Origin: Sulfitobacter sp.
GTDB lineage: Bacteria > Pseudomonadota > Alphaproteobacteria > Rhodobacterales > Rhodobacteraceae
Direction of reading: 5' to 3'
NCBI GenBank assembly: GCA_024637305.1
Contig: JAGXFI010000065.1
Span: 14,195-78,194 of the forward strand
Length of the DNA stretch: 64,000 nucleotides
The number at the start of each line of letters is the position of its first letter. Within the stretch, counting starts at the first letter, position 1. Of the stretch, positions 38,534 to 47,151 are shown piece by piece. The translations under genes and the position numbers were made by a program. The notes beneath the pieces were generated by a model, which saw only the letters and a program-made list of their open reading frames with translations, was not told where the DNA came from and searched no databases.

Positions 38534-38876
38534 GGGCCCGCATTAACTGTTCGATCAGGCACACCCTACTTCAAAAATTAGCGAACATTCCCATGAAATA
38601 GCATTGCAACGCCAAAAAAACATGTGGATCAGCCACCTATGGCCACCATGCCGCATGCCGGCACTGTCTCGAACAATTTGGTCAGAGTGACACAAGAGTG
38701 TCGTAAATAGTTTACGGTCTTGAACGACAGTCCCCGGCGAGGGTGTTCGGCGTCGATATGGATGGGCCGACACTCACGGAAGTTGGGGGCATCTGGACCG
38801 GCCATACGTGGCAGCGGCTGCGCGTGCGTAGAGGTGCGCTTTTCAACAGTGTGAAATTGACAAAGGGACAGTTCAT

Positions 38877-40994
38877 ATGTCGAAGCCATTTAGTTTTCCT
38901 TCGGGTCTTTCAAAGAAAATGCACCTTGCCATCGGAATCGACGGCAAGAGCGATGCTCCGATAAAGGCCGGTCGGAAAGAAATTGAAGTTGCGCCGATTG
39001 AGGGTGAAGCGCTCTCGGTTGAACAGGTGACTGTGTATGATAGCGGCATTGGCGAAGGCGGGTCGGAAGTCGTTTCGCATTTTGACGGCAGGCTTTACGT
39101 AACAAATGGCGAAGCCGACAGGATCGACGTGATCGACGTTGAAACGGGCGAACTTCTGAACTCCATCGACCTGACCGATATCCCCGGATATGACGGTCTC
39201 AACTCGGTTACGGCTTCCTCCAGCGGCATCGCTGTCGCTGTTGAGATCAAGAACGCCCAAGCGCCTGCGTCCCCTGTGCCGGTGGACGAAAACGGCGACG
39301 ATGCGACGCCGATTTTCACCGTAGACACCTCGCTCGCCAATGGCGTTGTCGCGATTTATGATCTTGATGGTACGCCCAAGGGCACGGTCGAGGTGGGCAA
39401 TCTGCCTGATATGGTGACCTATTCCCAAGATGGCACAATGATCTTTGTCGCCAACGAGGGCGAGCCGCAGTCCGGCCAGGACCCTGCGGGGTCGATCTCG
39501 ATCATCGACGTGCGGACGATGACCGCCCAGACCTTCGGTTTCGATGAGTTCAACGACCAGGTCGAGACCCTGAGAGAGGCCGGCGTCCGTATCTTCCCCG
39601 GTAAAACGCCCGGCACTGATTTTGAGCCGGAATACATCGCACAGTCGGGCAATCTTTTGTTTGTTACCCTGCAAGAGGCCAATGCCGTCGCGATCTTCGA
39701 CTTGAATATCATGGCGTGGGACAAGATCGTGCCGCTGGGAACACAGGATTATTCGAATGTACCACTCGATCCGCTGGATGATGGGCTGATCAATCGCGAT
39801 ACCTACGCGGGGCTGGTGGGCATGCGGATGCCCGATGCGCTGGCCGCGACCGAGATTGATGGTGTCAGCTATTTCCTGACGGCCAACGAAGGCGATGACC
39901 GAGGAGATTTCGACGAAGGAGGCGACGCGGCCCGTGTCGGGGATATTCTGGACGGCGATGTGGAAGGGGTATCTTTTGACGAGAGCGTGGTTACCGATGG
40001 TCTGGAGCGGCTCAATATCTCGATCTTCGACGGAGATACCGACGGCGACGGCGATATCGACATCATGCACGCCTATGGCTCCCGCTCGTTCACCATCTTC
40101 GACGCCGATGGAAATCTCGTGTTCGATTCCGGGGACGATTTCGAAAGGATCCTGTCCGAGATCGCGCCGGAACGCTTCAACAACGACGATGGCGAAACGC
40201 TGGGCGAGCTGGACGACGATGGCGATCTGATCGTTGACAACCGCTCGGACGCCAAGGGCCCCGAACCCGAGGCAATCGAGGTGGGCAAGATTGGTGATGC
40301 GACCTATGCATTCATCGGCCTGGAGCGTGACAGCGGCATCATGATCTACGATATTTCCGATCCGACGAATTCAGAGTTCGTGGACTATATCGACGGCCAT
40401 GCGCTGGGCAATGTCAGCCCCGAGATCATCGATTTCATCGCCCCACAGGACAGCGCCAGCGGCTATGCGCAGCTCGCGGTGTCCTACGAGGTTTCCGGAA
40501 CCACGGCAGTTTATGAACTGGCCTTTGGCTCTGAATTCTCCGGCACTAACGCTGCAGATGAGATCAACGGCACCATAGGCGACGACGTGGTGAACGCCGG
40601 ACGTGGCGCGGATGTGGTCGATGGTGGTGCCGGAGACGACATCATCCATGGTGGTCGTGGTGCAGACATCCTTGTGGGTGGCATGGGCGATGACATGATC
40701 CATGGCGGTCGCGGCGGGGACCTGATCAACGGTGGCACGGGCAATGATACAATGAGCGGCGGCCGTGGCTCGGACGTGTTCGAGTTCCAACTGGGCGATG
40801 GTGAAGACACAATCACCGACTTTGCGCGCAATGACATGATTGACATGACAGCGACGGGACTTTCCTTCGAAGATCTGACGATCACCGAAAGCAACAGCAT
40901 GTTCACCGTTGCATACGGCGATCAGGGAGACAGCATCGAGATCGCTCTCGTCGGTTCCCTCAGCGATCTGGGAGCGGACAACTTCGTGTTCTAA
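38877..40994 (+). CDS. large secreted RTX protein: beta-propeller-like N-terminal domain (choice-of-anchor I-like) plus C-terminal calcium-binding nonapeptide repeats
   Basis: 705 aa with no signal peptide. Tandem GGxGxDxUx repeats: GGAGDDIIHGGRGADILVGGMGDDMIHGGRGGDLINGGTGNDTMSGGRGSD. Acidic, Asp-rich N-terminal domain with YVTNGEADRIDVIDV-type strands. Confidence 0.85.
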   Translation: MSKPFSFPSGLSKKMHLAIGIDGKSDAPIKAGRKEIEVAPIEGEALSVEQVTVYDSGIGEGGSEVVSHFDGRLYVTNGEADRIDVIDVETGELLNSIDLTDIPGYDGLNSVTASSSGIAVAVEIKNAQAPASPVPVDENGDDATPIFTVDTSLANGVVAIYDLDGTPKGTVEVGNLPDMVTYSQDGTMIFVANEGEPQSGQDPAGSISIIDVRTMTAQTFGFDEFNDQVETLREAGVRIFPGKTPGTDFEPEYIAQSGNLLFVTLQEANAVAIFDLNIMAWDKIVPLGTQDYSNVPLDPLDDGLINRDTYAGLVGMRMPDALAATEIDGVSYFLTANEGDDRGDFDEGGDAARVGDILDGDVEGVSFDESVVTDGLERLNISIFDGDTDGDGDIDIMHAYGSRSFTIFDADGNLVFDSGDDFERILSEIAPERFNNDDGETLGELDDDGDLIVDNRSDAKGPEPEAIEVGKIGDATYAFIGLERDSGIMIYDISDPTNSEFVDYIDGHALGNVSPEIIDFIAPQDSASGYAQLAVSYEVSGTTAVYELAFGSEFSGTNAADEINGTIGDDVVNAGRGADVVDGGAGDDIIHGGRGADILVGGMGDDMIHGGRGGDLINGGTGNDTMSGGRGSDVFEFQLGDGEDTITDFARNDMIDMTATGLSFEDLTITESNSMFTVAYGDQGDSIEIALVGSLSDLGADNFVF

Positions 40995-41014
40995 TCGGGA
41001 CTCACTTTACAAAT

Positions 41015-41046
41015 CTGGGCGCGCGGGAGAAATCCCGCGCGCCCAG
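41015..41046 (+). terminator. perfect 14-bp GC-rich hairpin after the RTX gene
   Basis: CTGGGCGCGCGGGA-GAAA-TCCCGCGCGCCCAG, 21 nt after the stop. No T-tract follows, so function as an intrinsic terminator is uncertain. Confidence 0.5.
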
Positions 41047-41286
41047 CGCTTGGGAAGGTGCACCAGGAACATCTGTTCCAATGGCAGCTTTGTCCGGCTC
41101 GGGCGCGAACGCCTGTAGCGCCAGTCTGGCCCCTGCCCGCGCAAAGGCAGCGGCACAGCCCGCCGCGATGGACAGCGCGTTGGCCGCACCGATCACAAGG
41201 CCGGCATGATCGCTCAAACACCCGGAATCATCTATTTTTGAAATATGTAGGTGCTCGGCGCAACGCACAGAACCTCGTATCCCGCC

Positions 41287-41807
41287 TTAGAGCGGCCCAT
41301 AGTCGTTCATGCCCAGATCACGATCTTCCGCACCGGGATTGCGCCAGGACAAGATGAACCCGGTATGCCTCCGGGCCACCAGCCAGCGCACGAGCGAATT
41401 TTGCCCTGACAGATCGAGAATGTAGTATTTCATGATCCAGGCTGGCACGATCAGGATCGGTTCGGGATGCACCGTTTCGGTCGTTGGGCTGTACTGGATC
41501 AACTCGCCAGATAGCTGCGCACGACAACCTTGCCCGGTGTTACGGCAAGATCTTGCCCGACGGTCAGTGCAGTGGCCGAAACTGGTGGCCCCGCCGCGAC
41601 AAGCCCAGGGGTTTGCGTGGCGCGCTCCAGCAGCTTGGCCTGTTTGCCGGGGGCTATGGCAAGATCCATCGACCAGTCCGCAAACGCCATCCAAAGCGCC
41701 GACGGGGCCATTCCACCCTTCATCTTTGAGATCATGACACCAGCAGCGGTATCGAGGAAATCATGATAGGTTTTTGGTGTTTCGGGCAGGGTTTCATCGT
41801 TTTGCAT
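41287..41807 (-). pseudogene. poly(3-hydroxyalkanoate) synthase (PhaC class I) N-terminal remnant, frameshifted and truncated
   Basis: Two consecutive frames read ...[25 protein letters not shown]...[13 protein letters not shown] and then [44 protein letters not shown]...SWRNPG...DY. These are hallmark PhaC N-terminal blocks. The frame breaks near 41500-41530, and the lipase-box catalytic half is absent. Confidence 0.75.
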
Positions 41808-41983
41808 CGGTCGTCCTTTACATAGCCCGCCTAGCAATAAATACCGAGTGCAACAGGAACTTTACAACCAGAACACTTGGCAATCCGTTTGAAGCCCGAT
41901 CAGAAAAGCGGGATCACCGGTGCGCAAATGACCGGTACCATCAACTTTCTTGGTGCCGGTTCTCTGGAACCCCAGCACCCAGT

Positions 41984-42283
41984 GATAAAATAGCGCTCAC
42001 GCCCTGTTACACGCATATCGCAACCCGTGACAGCGCCGCCACAGTGATCATGACCTCTGGAACCCATCTGGTCTGGTATCTCCCGGCGCATTTGCCCGAT
42101 GCTGAAACATCCCAAGCCCTGGCGCGCGCGGTCGGCGTGAAAGTCTATACCATGATTCTGGAGACTGTGACCGGGCCAGGGTTTCTGTCCGATTGGAACC
42201 GTTACATCCTGTTGGGCTACGCCGATTTGCCGGAGCACGTCATAAAAGACGCTGTCGAACGTCTTGTCGGTGTGCGGCAATAG
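41984..42283 (+). pseudogene. possible C-terminal remnant of a MocR/aminotransferase-like gene
   Basis: The ORF tail ...GTHLVWYLPAHLPDAETSQALARAVGVKVYTMI...RYILLGYADLPEHVIKDAVERLV resembles the C-terminal end of fold-type I aminotransferase/MocR proteins. There is no plausible N-terminal 300 aa upstream. Confidence 0.4.
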
Positions 42284-42514
42284 CAAAGCTTCATCCGGTT
42301 TGTTCTCCAAGCCGCCCTTGGCGCTGATGGCGTCGAATGATTGCGCACCGCCCTTTGCGGATGGTCATTGTGATGCCCGTTCCACTTGCAGCCATCGCCA
42401 AGGCGTAGAGCGGTCCGCCAACGGCAAGGGCTCTCACAACGCAACCTTGCGAAGTAGGTTTACCATCCGGCAAGGATACCAGAGCTTTCGCAATTCACAA
42501 AAGGCACCGCGCAT

Positions 42515-43147
42515 TCAGCCACCTTCCACGTCGGTGCCAGCGCCTGCGAACAACTGGATCATCTGCTTCAGGGCGCGGTCCGAGCGGGCGGCGATTGTGG
42601 GTTGATCAAGCGGGCCTAGGCGTCCGAGGGCTTGTTGCAGCGGGATTTCACCGAACAGCAGGCTGATATAGGCTTCGGTGGCGACGGAAGGATCGGTGTC
42701 TGCACGGAACCGGCCATCGGTCACGAGCCGGGACATGACTTTGGTGATCATTGCGATCATCTCCTGTCGCGCCGCCGTGTCGATCGCCGCGCCCAGAATT
42801 CCTGTCTCGCCGGCATCCGCGATGGCGGCGCGATTCATGATGATCGCTTTTTCACCTGTCGTGAACGCCAGCAACAGCGGACCAAGGGCCTTCAGCGCTT
42901 GCAGCGCATCGCCCTGCCCTTCCACCGTCTCGCGCAAGAGCGTCTTGACCAATTTCGCGTTCTCTTCAATCAGGCTTTGGAACAGCTTTTGCTTGTTGCC
43001 ATACCACGCATAAAGCGTCTGGTTAGACGCGGCCGCGCGTTTGGCGATCTGAAGCATGCTGGTGCTGCGATAGCCCTTTTCGGCCAGCAGCCCAAAGGCC
43101 GCCGCCTCGATCTCGCGCCGCCGGTCTTCGTTGCCGTCGATGGTCAT
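42515..43147 (-). CDS. TetR/AcrR family transcriptional regulator
   Basis: Start trimmed to MTIDGNEDRRREIEAAAFGLLAEKGYRSTSMLQIAKRAAASNQTLYAWYGNKQKLF (TetR HTH). 210 aa. Confidence 0.9.
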   Translation of the reverse strand: MTIDGNEDRRREIEAAAFGLLAEKGYRSTSMLQIAKRAAASNQTLYAWYGNKQKLFQSLIEENAKLVKTLLRETVEGQGDALQALKALGPLLLAFTTGEKAIIMNRAAIADAGETGILGAAIDTAARQEMIAMITKVMSRLVTDGRFRADTDPSVATEAYISLLFGEIPLQQALGRLGPLDQPTIAARSDRALKQMIQLFAGAGTDVEGG

Positions 43148-43169
43148 TTTGTTCACCCGATAATCTGTC

Positions 43170-43225
43170 TTGACAGTAAGTGTACACATATGTACTCGTA
43201 GGTCAAGAAGGGTACACAGGTGTAC
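43170..43225. promoter_or_regulatory. divergent promoter/operator region with GTGTAC/GTACAC palindromes
   Basis: TTGACA at 43170-43175. GTGTACAC (a perfect 8-bp palindrome) plus ATA-TGTAC at 43180-43195. Perfect inverted repeat GTACAC-AG-GTGTAC at 43212-43225. The region sits between the TetR gene and the divergent operon. Confidence 0.45.
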
Positions 43226-43244
43226 GATCATGATGGGGATCAAC

Positions 43245-44096
43245 ATGCGAACAGCCAAAATCCTGACCCTTGCCACCAGCGCCGTCCTTGCTACTGCCAT
43301 AGCCTTTGTCGGCTGGTCGACTTGGCAAACCGAAGCCGATATAGCGGCCTTCCAATCGCGCATTGCCACCATCGGCACGGCCACTCCGGCGCGGGCTCTC
43401 GATCCCAACCTGATCGCGGAACTACCACTGCCAGTGCAGCGCTACTTCGCCTTTGTGTTCACCGGCCCGGTCCAGCACTTTGGCAGTGTCCATCTGGTAG
43501 CAGAGGGGCAGTTTCGCCGTCCGCTGACCGACGGGTTCAACCCCACCACCGCCGAACAGGTTGTCGCCATCGGCACACCTGCGCTGATGTTTTCGGCCAC
43601 CACCCCGGTCCTGCCCGGCATCTGGGCGCGGGCCTATGATTTCTTTGCTGATGGCACGATGGACATGCGGGCCAAGGTGCTGTCCACGCTGACCGTCATG
43701 GCGGAACGCGAAACGCCGGAGCTGAACCGCATCTCGTTGCGGCGCTGGCTACTGGAAAGCGCGCTTTATCCGCAAGCATTGCTACCCGGTGGTCCGGTAG
43801 TCTGGGTGCCGATCAACGACACCAGCGCGCGTGCCGTGGTGACGGACCGGGGCCAGACTGCCTCAATGATAGCGCATTTCGACGCGATGGGTCGCATGAC
43901 CAATATGGTGGCCGAGGAAGACGGCGACCTGGCCACCCCGTATCACGGATCGGGCGAGCATGTTGCGCGCAGCGATTACCGCGCTGTCGGCAATCAGATG
44001 ATCCCCCACGCCTTCACCATCTCCCGCGCGGCGGACGGCGAACTTTTTCCGTTCTGGGACGGGCGGATCACCGCGATCCGGTTTGAGCCTGAGTGA
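43245..44096 (+). CDS. uncharacterised N-terminally anchored protein, paralog family A
   Basis: One N-terminal TM segment and the motif ELPLPVQRYFAFVF, with a length and C-terminal pattern (...FPFWDGRITAIRFEPE) comparable to 26500-27336. Start is 43229, 43232 or 43245. Confidence 0.75.
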   Translation: MRTAKILTLATSAVLATAIAFVGWSTWQTEADIAAFQSRIATIGTATPARALDPNLIAELPLPVQRYFAFVFTGPVQHFGSVHLVAEGQFRRPLTDGFNPTTAEQVVAIGTPALMFSATTPVLPGIWARAYDFFADGTMDMRAKVLSTLTVMAERETPELNRISLRRWLLESALYPQALLPGGPVVWVPINDTSARAVVTDRGQTASMIAHFDAMGRMTNMVAEEDGDLATPYHGSGEHVARSDYRAVGNQMIPHAFTISRAADGELFPFWDGRITAIRFEPE

Positions 44097-44109
44097 AAGC
44101 GAGGCCACC

Positions 44110-44952
44110 ATGATCAAATACCCCCTCATCGTGCTCGGGCTGCTGGCCCTTGCGGTCGGCATCGGATTTCTGCACGCATCGCGCGAAAGTGCGCGGTTGA
44201 TCCAGACCCATATCACCGGCCCCGCGCCTGTCGTCACCATCGACCTGCGCCCTGCGACCTATGCCGATCTGCCGCCGCCCGTGCGCCGGTATTTCCACTT
44301 CGCGTTCAATGGCCAGACCGAGGTTACGCTGCGCGCCGTGACATGGCGCGAAAAGGGCCGTTTTCTACTGCCAGTAGGTGAATTCCGCGCTCATGGCCGG
44401 CAGACCAACCGGCCCGATATGCCGCTTTATGCCTGGACCGGTACCTTTCACCGGTTTGGCCTGCCGATTATCGAAAGCCGCGATGCGTTTCTCGGCGATC
44501 GCCACGACATGCGCGCCAAACTCTTCGGCTGGATGAAGGTGATGCAGACCGACTATGTTAAGCCCGATCAGATCGCCTCACTGCACAGCTATTTGACGCT
44601 GCGCTACTACGGGCAGGCCCCGGTCATGCCCTGGGCGCTCTTGCCGAATGAACATGTCGCGTGGGAGGCCCGCAATGAGGCGTCCGCACGGTTGCGCATC
44701 ACCCGCCCCGGGCTTGAGGGTGCCTATATCATCCGGTTCGGGGACGATGGCCGGATCACCGAAATGGCGACCGACCGTCTGCTGATGGAGGGCAACGGAA
44801 CAATGCAATTCGAAGTCGGCCAAAAGCTCGATTATCGCGAGGTGGGCGGGTTCATGGTGCCGACGCGGATGGACTATTTGTGGACTTTGGAGGACGGCAC
44901 GGTGTCGAGCCATTACCGCTTTGCCGTTCAAGATCTGGAGCGTTTGCCATGA
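44110..44952 (+). CDS. uncharacterised N-terminally anchored protein, paralog family A
   Basis: MIKYPLIVLGLLALAVGIGFL anchor and the motif DLPPPVRRYFHFAF. Lies 13 nt after the preceding paralog. Confidence 0.75.
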   Translation: MIKYPLIVLGLLALAVGIGFLHASRESARLIQTHITGPAPVVTIDLRPATYADLPPPVRRYFHFAFNGQTEVTLRAVTWREKGRFLLPVGEFRAHGRQTNRPDMPLYAWTGTFHRFGLPIIESRDAFLGDRHDMRAKLFGWMKVMQTDYVKPDQIASLHSYLTLRYYGQAPVMPWALLPNEHVAWEARNEASARLRITRPGLEGAYIIRFGDDGRITEMATDRLLMEGNGTMQFEVGQKLDYREVGGFMVPTRMDYLWTLEDGTVSSHYRFAVQDLERLP

Positions 44953-45470
44953 GCGGGGCCGAGCCTTCCGGTCAGGCGGTCGCACTTGCCTTGCTTATCC
45001 TGACGCTGATGTTCTGCGGCGCGATGTTCGGATTCTTCTTCGCCTGGACCAGTTCCACGCTTTGGGGGCTAGATCGCATCGCGCCCGAGGTAGCGATCAC
45101 GGCGATGCAAGCGATGAACGCCGCCGTGCGCAACGCGGTTTTTGGCGTGCTCTTCTTTGGCACGCCACCCCTTATGGTGCTGACCACGGTTTGCCTGTTC
45201 GTGCGGGACAATCGACGCGCGGCTTTGCTGATGGCGCTCGCCAGCCTCATCTACATCGGCGGCGCGACGATCGTCACCGTCAGTGTCAACGTGCCGCTGA
45301 ACGAAGCCTTGGCCGCGCGTGTTCCCGGAGACGGCACGCCCGCCACAAGCCAGTGGCAAGCCTATTCCGCGCCCTGGCAACGCGCCAATCTGATCCGCAC
45401 CAGCGCATCCGGTGCCGCGCTGTTTCTCGCGGCCATCGCGCTGCACCTGTCACAAAAAAGGAACCCCTGA
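44949..45470 (+). CDS. DUF1772 (anthrone-oxygenase-like) membrane protein
   Basis: Start ATG overlaps the upstream stop (ATGA). About four TM segments, with FFAWTSSTLWGLDRI...AMQAMNAAVRNAVF resembling the DUF1772 pattern. Confidence 0.75.
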   Translation: MSGAEPSGQAVALALLILTLMFCGAMFGFFFAWTSSTLWGLDRIAPEVAITAMQAMNAAVRNAVFGVLFFGTPPLMVLTTVCLFVRDNRRAALLMALASLIYIGGATIVTVSVNVPLNEALAARVPGDGTPATSQWQAYSAPWQRANLIRTSASGAALFLAAIALHLSQKRNP

Positions 45471-46102
45471 TGGACCTGACGCTTCTTGCTTATGCTGCCA
45501 TCGTGCTGGTCGCCGTTGCCACGCCGGGACCGACCGTTCTGCTTGCGCTGTCCAATGGCTCGCGGCATGGCGTGACGCTCGCAGGCTACGGCATCGCGGG
45601 GGCGGCGCTTTCCGATCTTGTGTTGATCGGCGCGGTGTCGCTGGGCCTTGGCGCATTGCTCGCGACTTCGCAGGTCTGGTTTGACGTGCTGAAATGGTTG
45701 GGCGTGGCCTATCTGTGCTATCTTGGCATCCGCATTTTACGCCAATCGGCAAGTCCACAAACGATCGTGGCGCAGGATGTTGCCCGGTCGGACGGCCTGA
45801 CAAGATCCATATTACTGCGTAGCTTTCTAGTCGCGGTGACCAATCCCAAGGGGTACCTTTTCTTCACGGCCTTCCTGCCGCAATTCGTCGATCCTTTCGC
45901 CCCGTTGCTGGCGCAATATGCCGTCCTGACTCTGGTTTTCGTGGCAATCGACGTCGCAGTCATGGGGGCCTATGCGGTTCTCGGGGCCTCAACGGCCCGA
46001 AGGATGCGCGCAGGCGCGCAGCGGTGGATCGAGCGGCTATGCGGGTCGAGTTTTCTGCTTCTGGCCTTAGGGCTGGCGTTATATCGCAAGTCTGTAAGCT
46101 GA
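45470..46102 (+). CDS. LysE/RhtB family amino-acid exporter
   Basis: N-terminus LLAYAAIVLVAVATPGPTVLLALSNGSRHG (the xTPGP motif). 210 aa with six TM segments. Start overlaps the upstream stop (TGATG). The 393-aa track ORF is an out-of-frame upstream extension. Confidence 0.88.
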   Translation: MDLTLLAYAAIVLVAVATPGPTVLLALSNGSRHGVTLAGYGIAGAALSDLVLIGAVSLGLGALLATSQVWFDVLKWLGVAYLCYLGIRILRQSASPQTIVAQDVARSDGLTRSILLRSFLVAVTNPKGYLFFTAFLPQFVDPFAPLLAQYAVLTLVFVAIDVAVMGAYAVLGASTARRMRAGAQRWIERLCGSSFLLLALGLALYRKSVS

Positions 46103-46446
46103 CGCACTCACCGGACCCGATTCCACCGGCACCTTCACCCAGTTGGAGTTCGGTCACACCTCCCGAGATCCGCCCGACAAGACCCACGAAGGCAGAATCC
46201 CGATGCTTTCGGGTTGGTGCTCAACCTGACCCAAGGCGATGACGGCGATGGCATATTCGATGCGGATGATACCTTTTCTGCCGGGGATGCAAGGTTCGGC
46301 CATCTAACCTCTTGCCGATGCCCTCAATCCTATCGTCTCTTCCGGCGGTCAATTGGACGGTTTTCAGTCAACCGCCTAGGGTGGCGGAGGAGATTGAGGA
46401 TCACTTCGAATTCAAAGGCTACGTCAACCTGCAGATCCGATCACTC

Positions 46447-47145
46447 TCAGGTGTCATCCATACTGGTGACAATTCTGCCATCCTCCAGCGTCAGGATACG
46501 GTCCGCGCGGTCAAGGATCCGGTTGTCATGCGTCACCAGCAAGGTCGTCGTGCCCCGAGCCGCGCCAAGGCGTTTGAGCAGGTCGACCACATCGGCGGCG
46601 CTGTCCTTGTCAAGCGCGGCCGTCGGTTCGTCCGCAAACACCATTGCAGGGTTGCCAACGAGGGCGCGGGCCACAGCCACGCGCTGTTTCTGTCCGCCGG
46701 ACAGGTTGGCAGGCAGGTAGTCAAGCCGGTCAGACAGGCCCAGAAGGCCAAGCGCCTGTGCAGCGGCACGTCGCGCAAGATCATCTGTCACGCCGGGACG
46801 GACCTGCACACCCATGATGACATTCTGCATCGCTGTCAGGCTTTCGTGCAGATTGTGGGATTGGAAGATAAAGCCCAGCCGCTGGCGCAGCGCGGCCAGC
46901 TCCGCGTCACCCGCGCCCAGTAGCTCGTGCCCCATCAACCGCACGGAGCCGTCCTGCACCCCACGCAAACAGCCAAGCAGCGTCAGAACCGTGGTCTTGC
47001 CCGATCCTGACGGACCCATCAGCACGGTAAAACTGCCGCGCGGCAGGCTGAGATTGATGTCAAAGAGAACCTGCTTGCGCGCCTCACCGGTGCCAAACCA
47101 ATGGTTCATCCCGCGCGCCTCGACGATCATGGCGTTATCCATCAT
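46447..47145 (-). CDS. ABC exporter ATP-binding subunit, DevA family
   Basis: Walker A GPSGSGKTT, LTLLGCLRGVQDGSVRLMG (the DevA-type GGLR..Q.G block), LSGGQKQRVAVARAL and Walker B VFADEPT. Confidence 0.9.
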   Translation of the reverse strand: MMDNAMIVEARGMNHWFGTGEARKQVLFDINLSLPRGSFTVLMGPSGSGKTTVLTLLGCLRGVQDGSVRLMGHELLGAGDAELAALRQRLGFIFQSHNLHESLTAMQNVIMGVQVRPGVTDDLARRAAAQALGLLGLSDRLDYLPANLSGGQKQRVAVARALVGNPAMVFADEPTAALDKDSAADVVDLLKRLGAARGTTTLLVTHDNRILDRADRILTLEDGRIVTSMDDT

Positions 47146-47151
47146 GGCTCC

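Noticed and set aside
38910-40070. 386-aa minus-strand ORF
   Set aside because: It is antisense to the RTX protein gene and has no motifs.
41002-41268. 88-aa minus ORF (…LSDHAGLVIGAANALSIAAGCAAAFARAG…)
   Set aside because: It is Ala-rich with no RBS or motif, and it lies in the decay zone and overlaps the large hairpin. It cannot be told apart from noise or another remnant.
44921-45469. Upstream part of the 393-aa ORF 44921-46102
   Set aside because: This part overlaps the DUF1772 gene in another frame and is Arg-rich. The LysE protein starts at 45470, where the TPGP N-terminal motif and a TGATG coupling occur.
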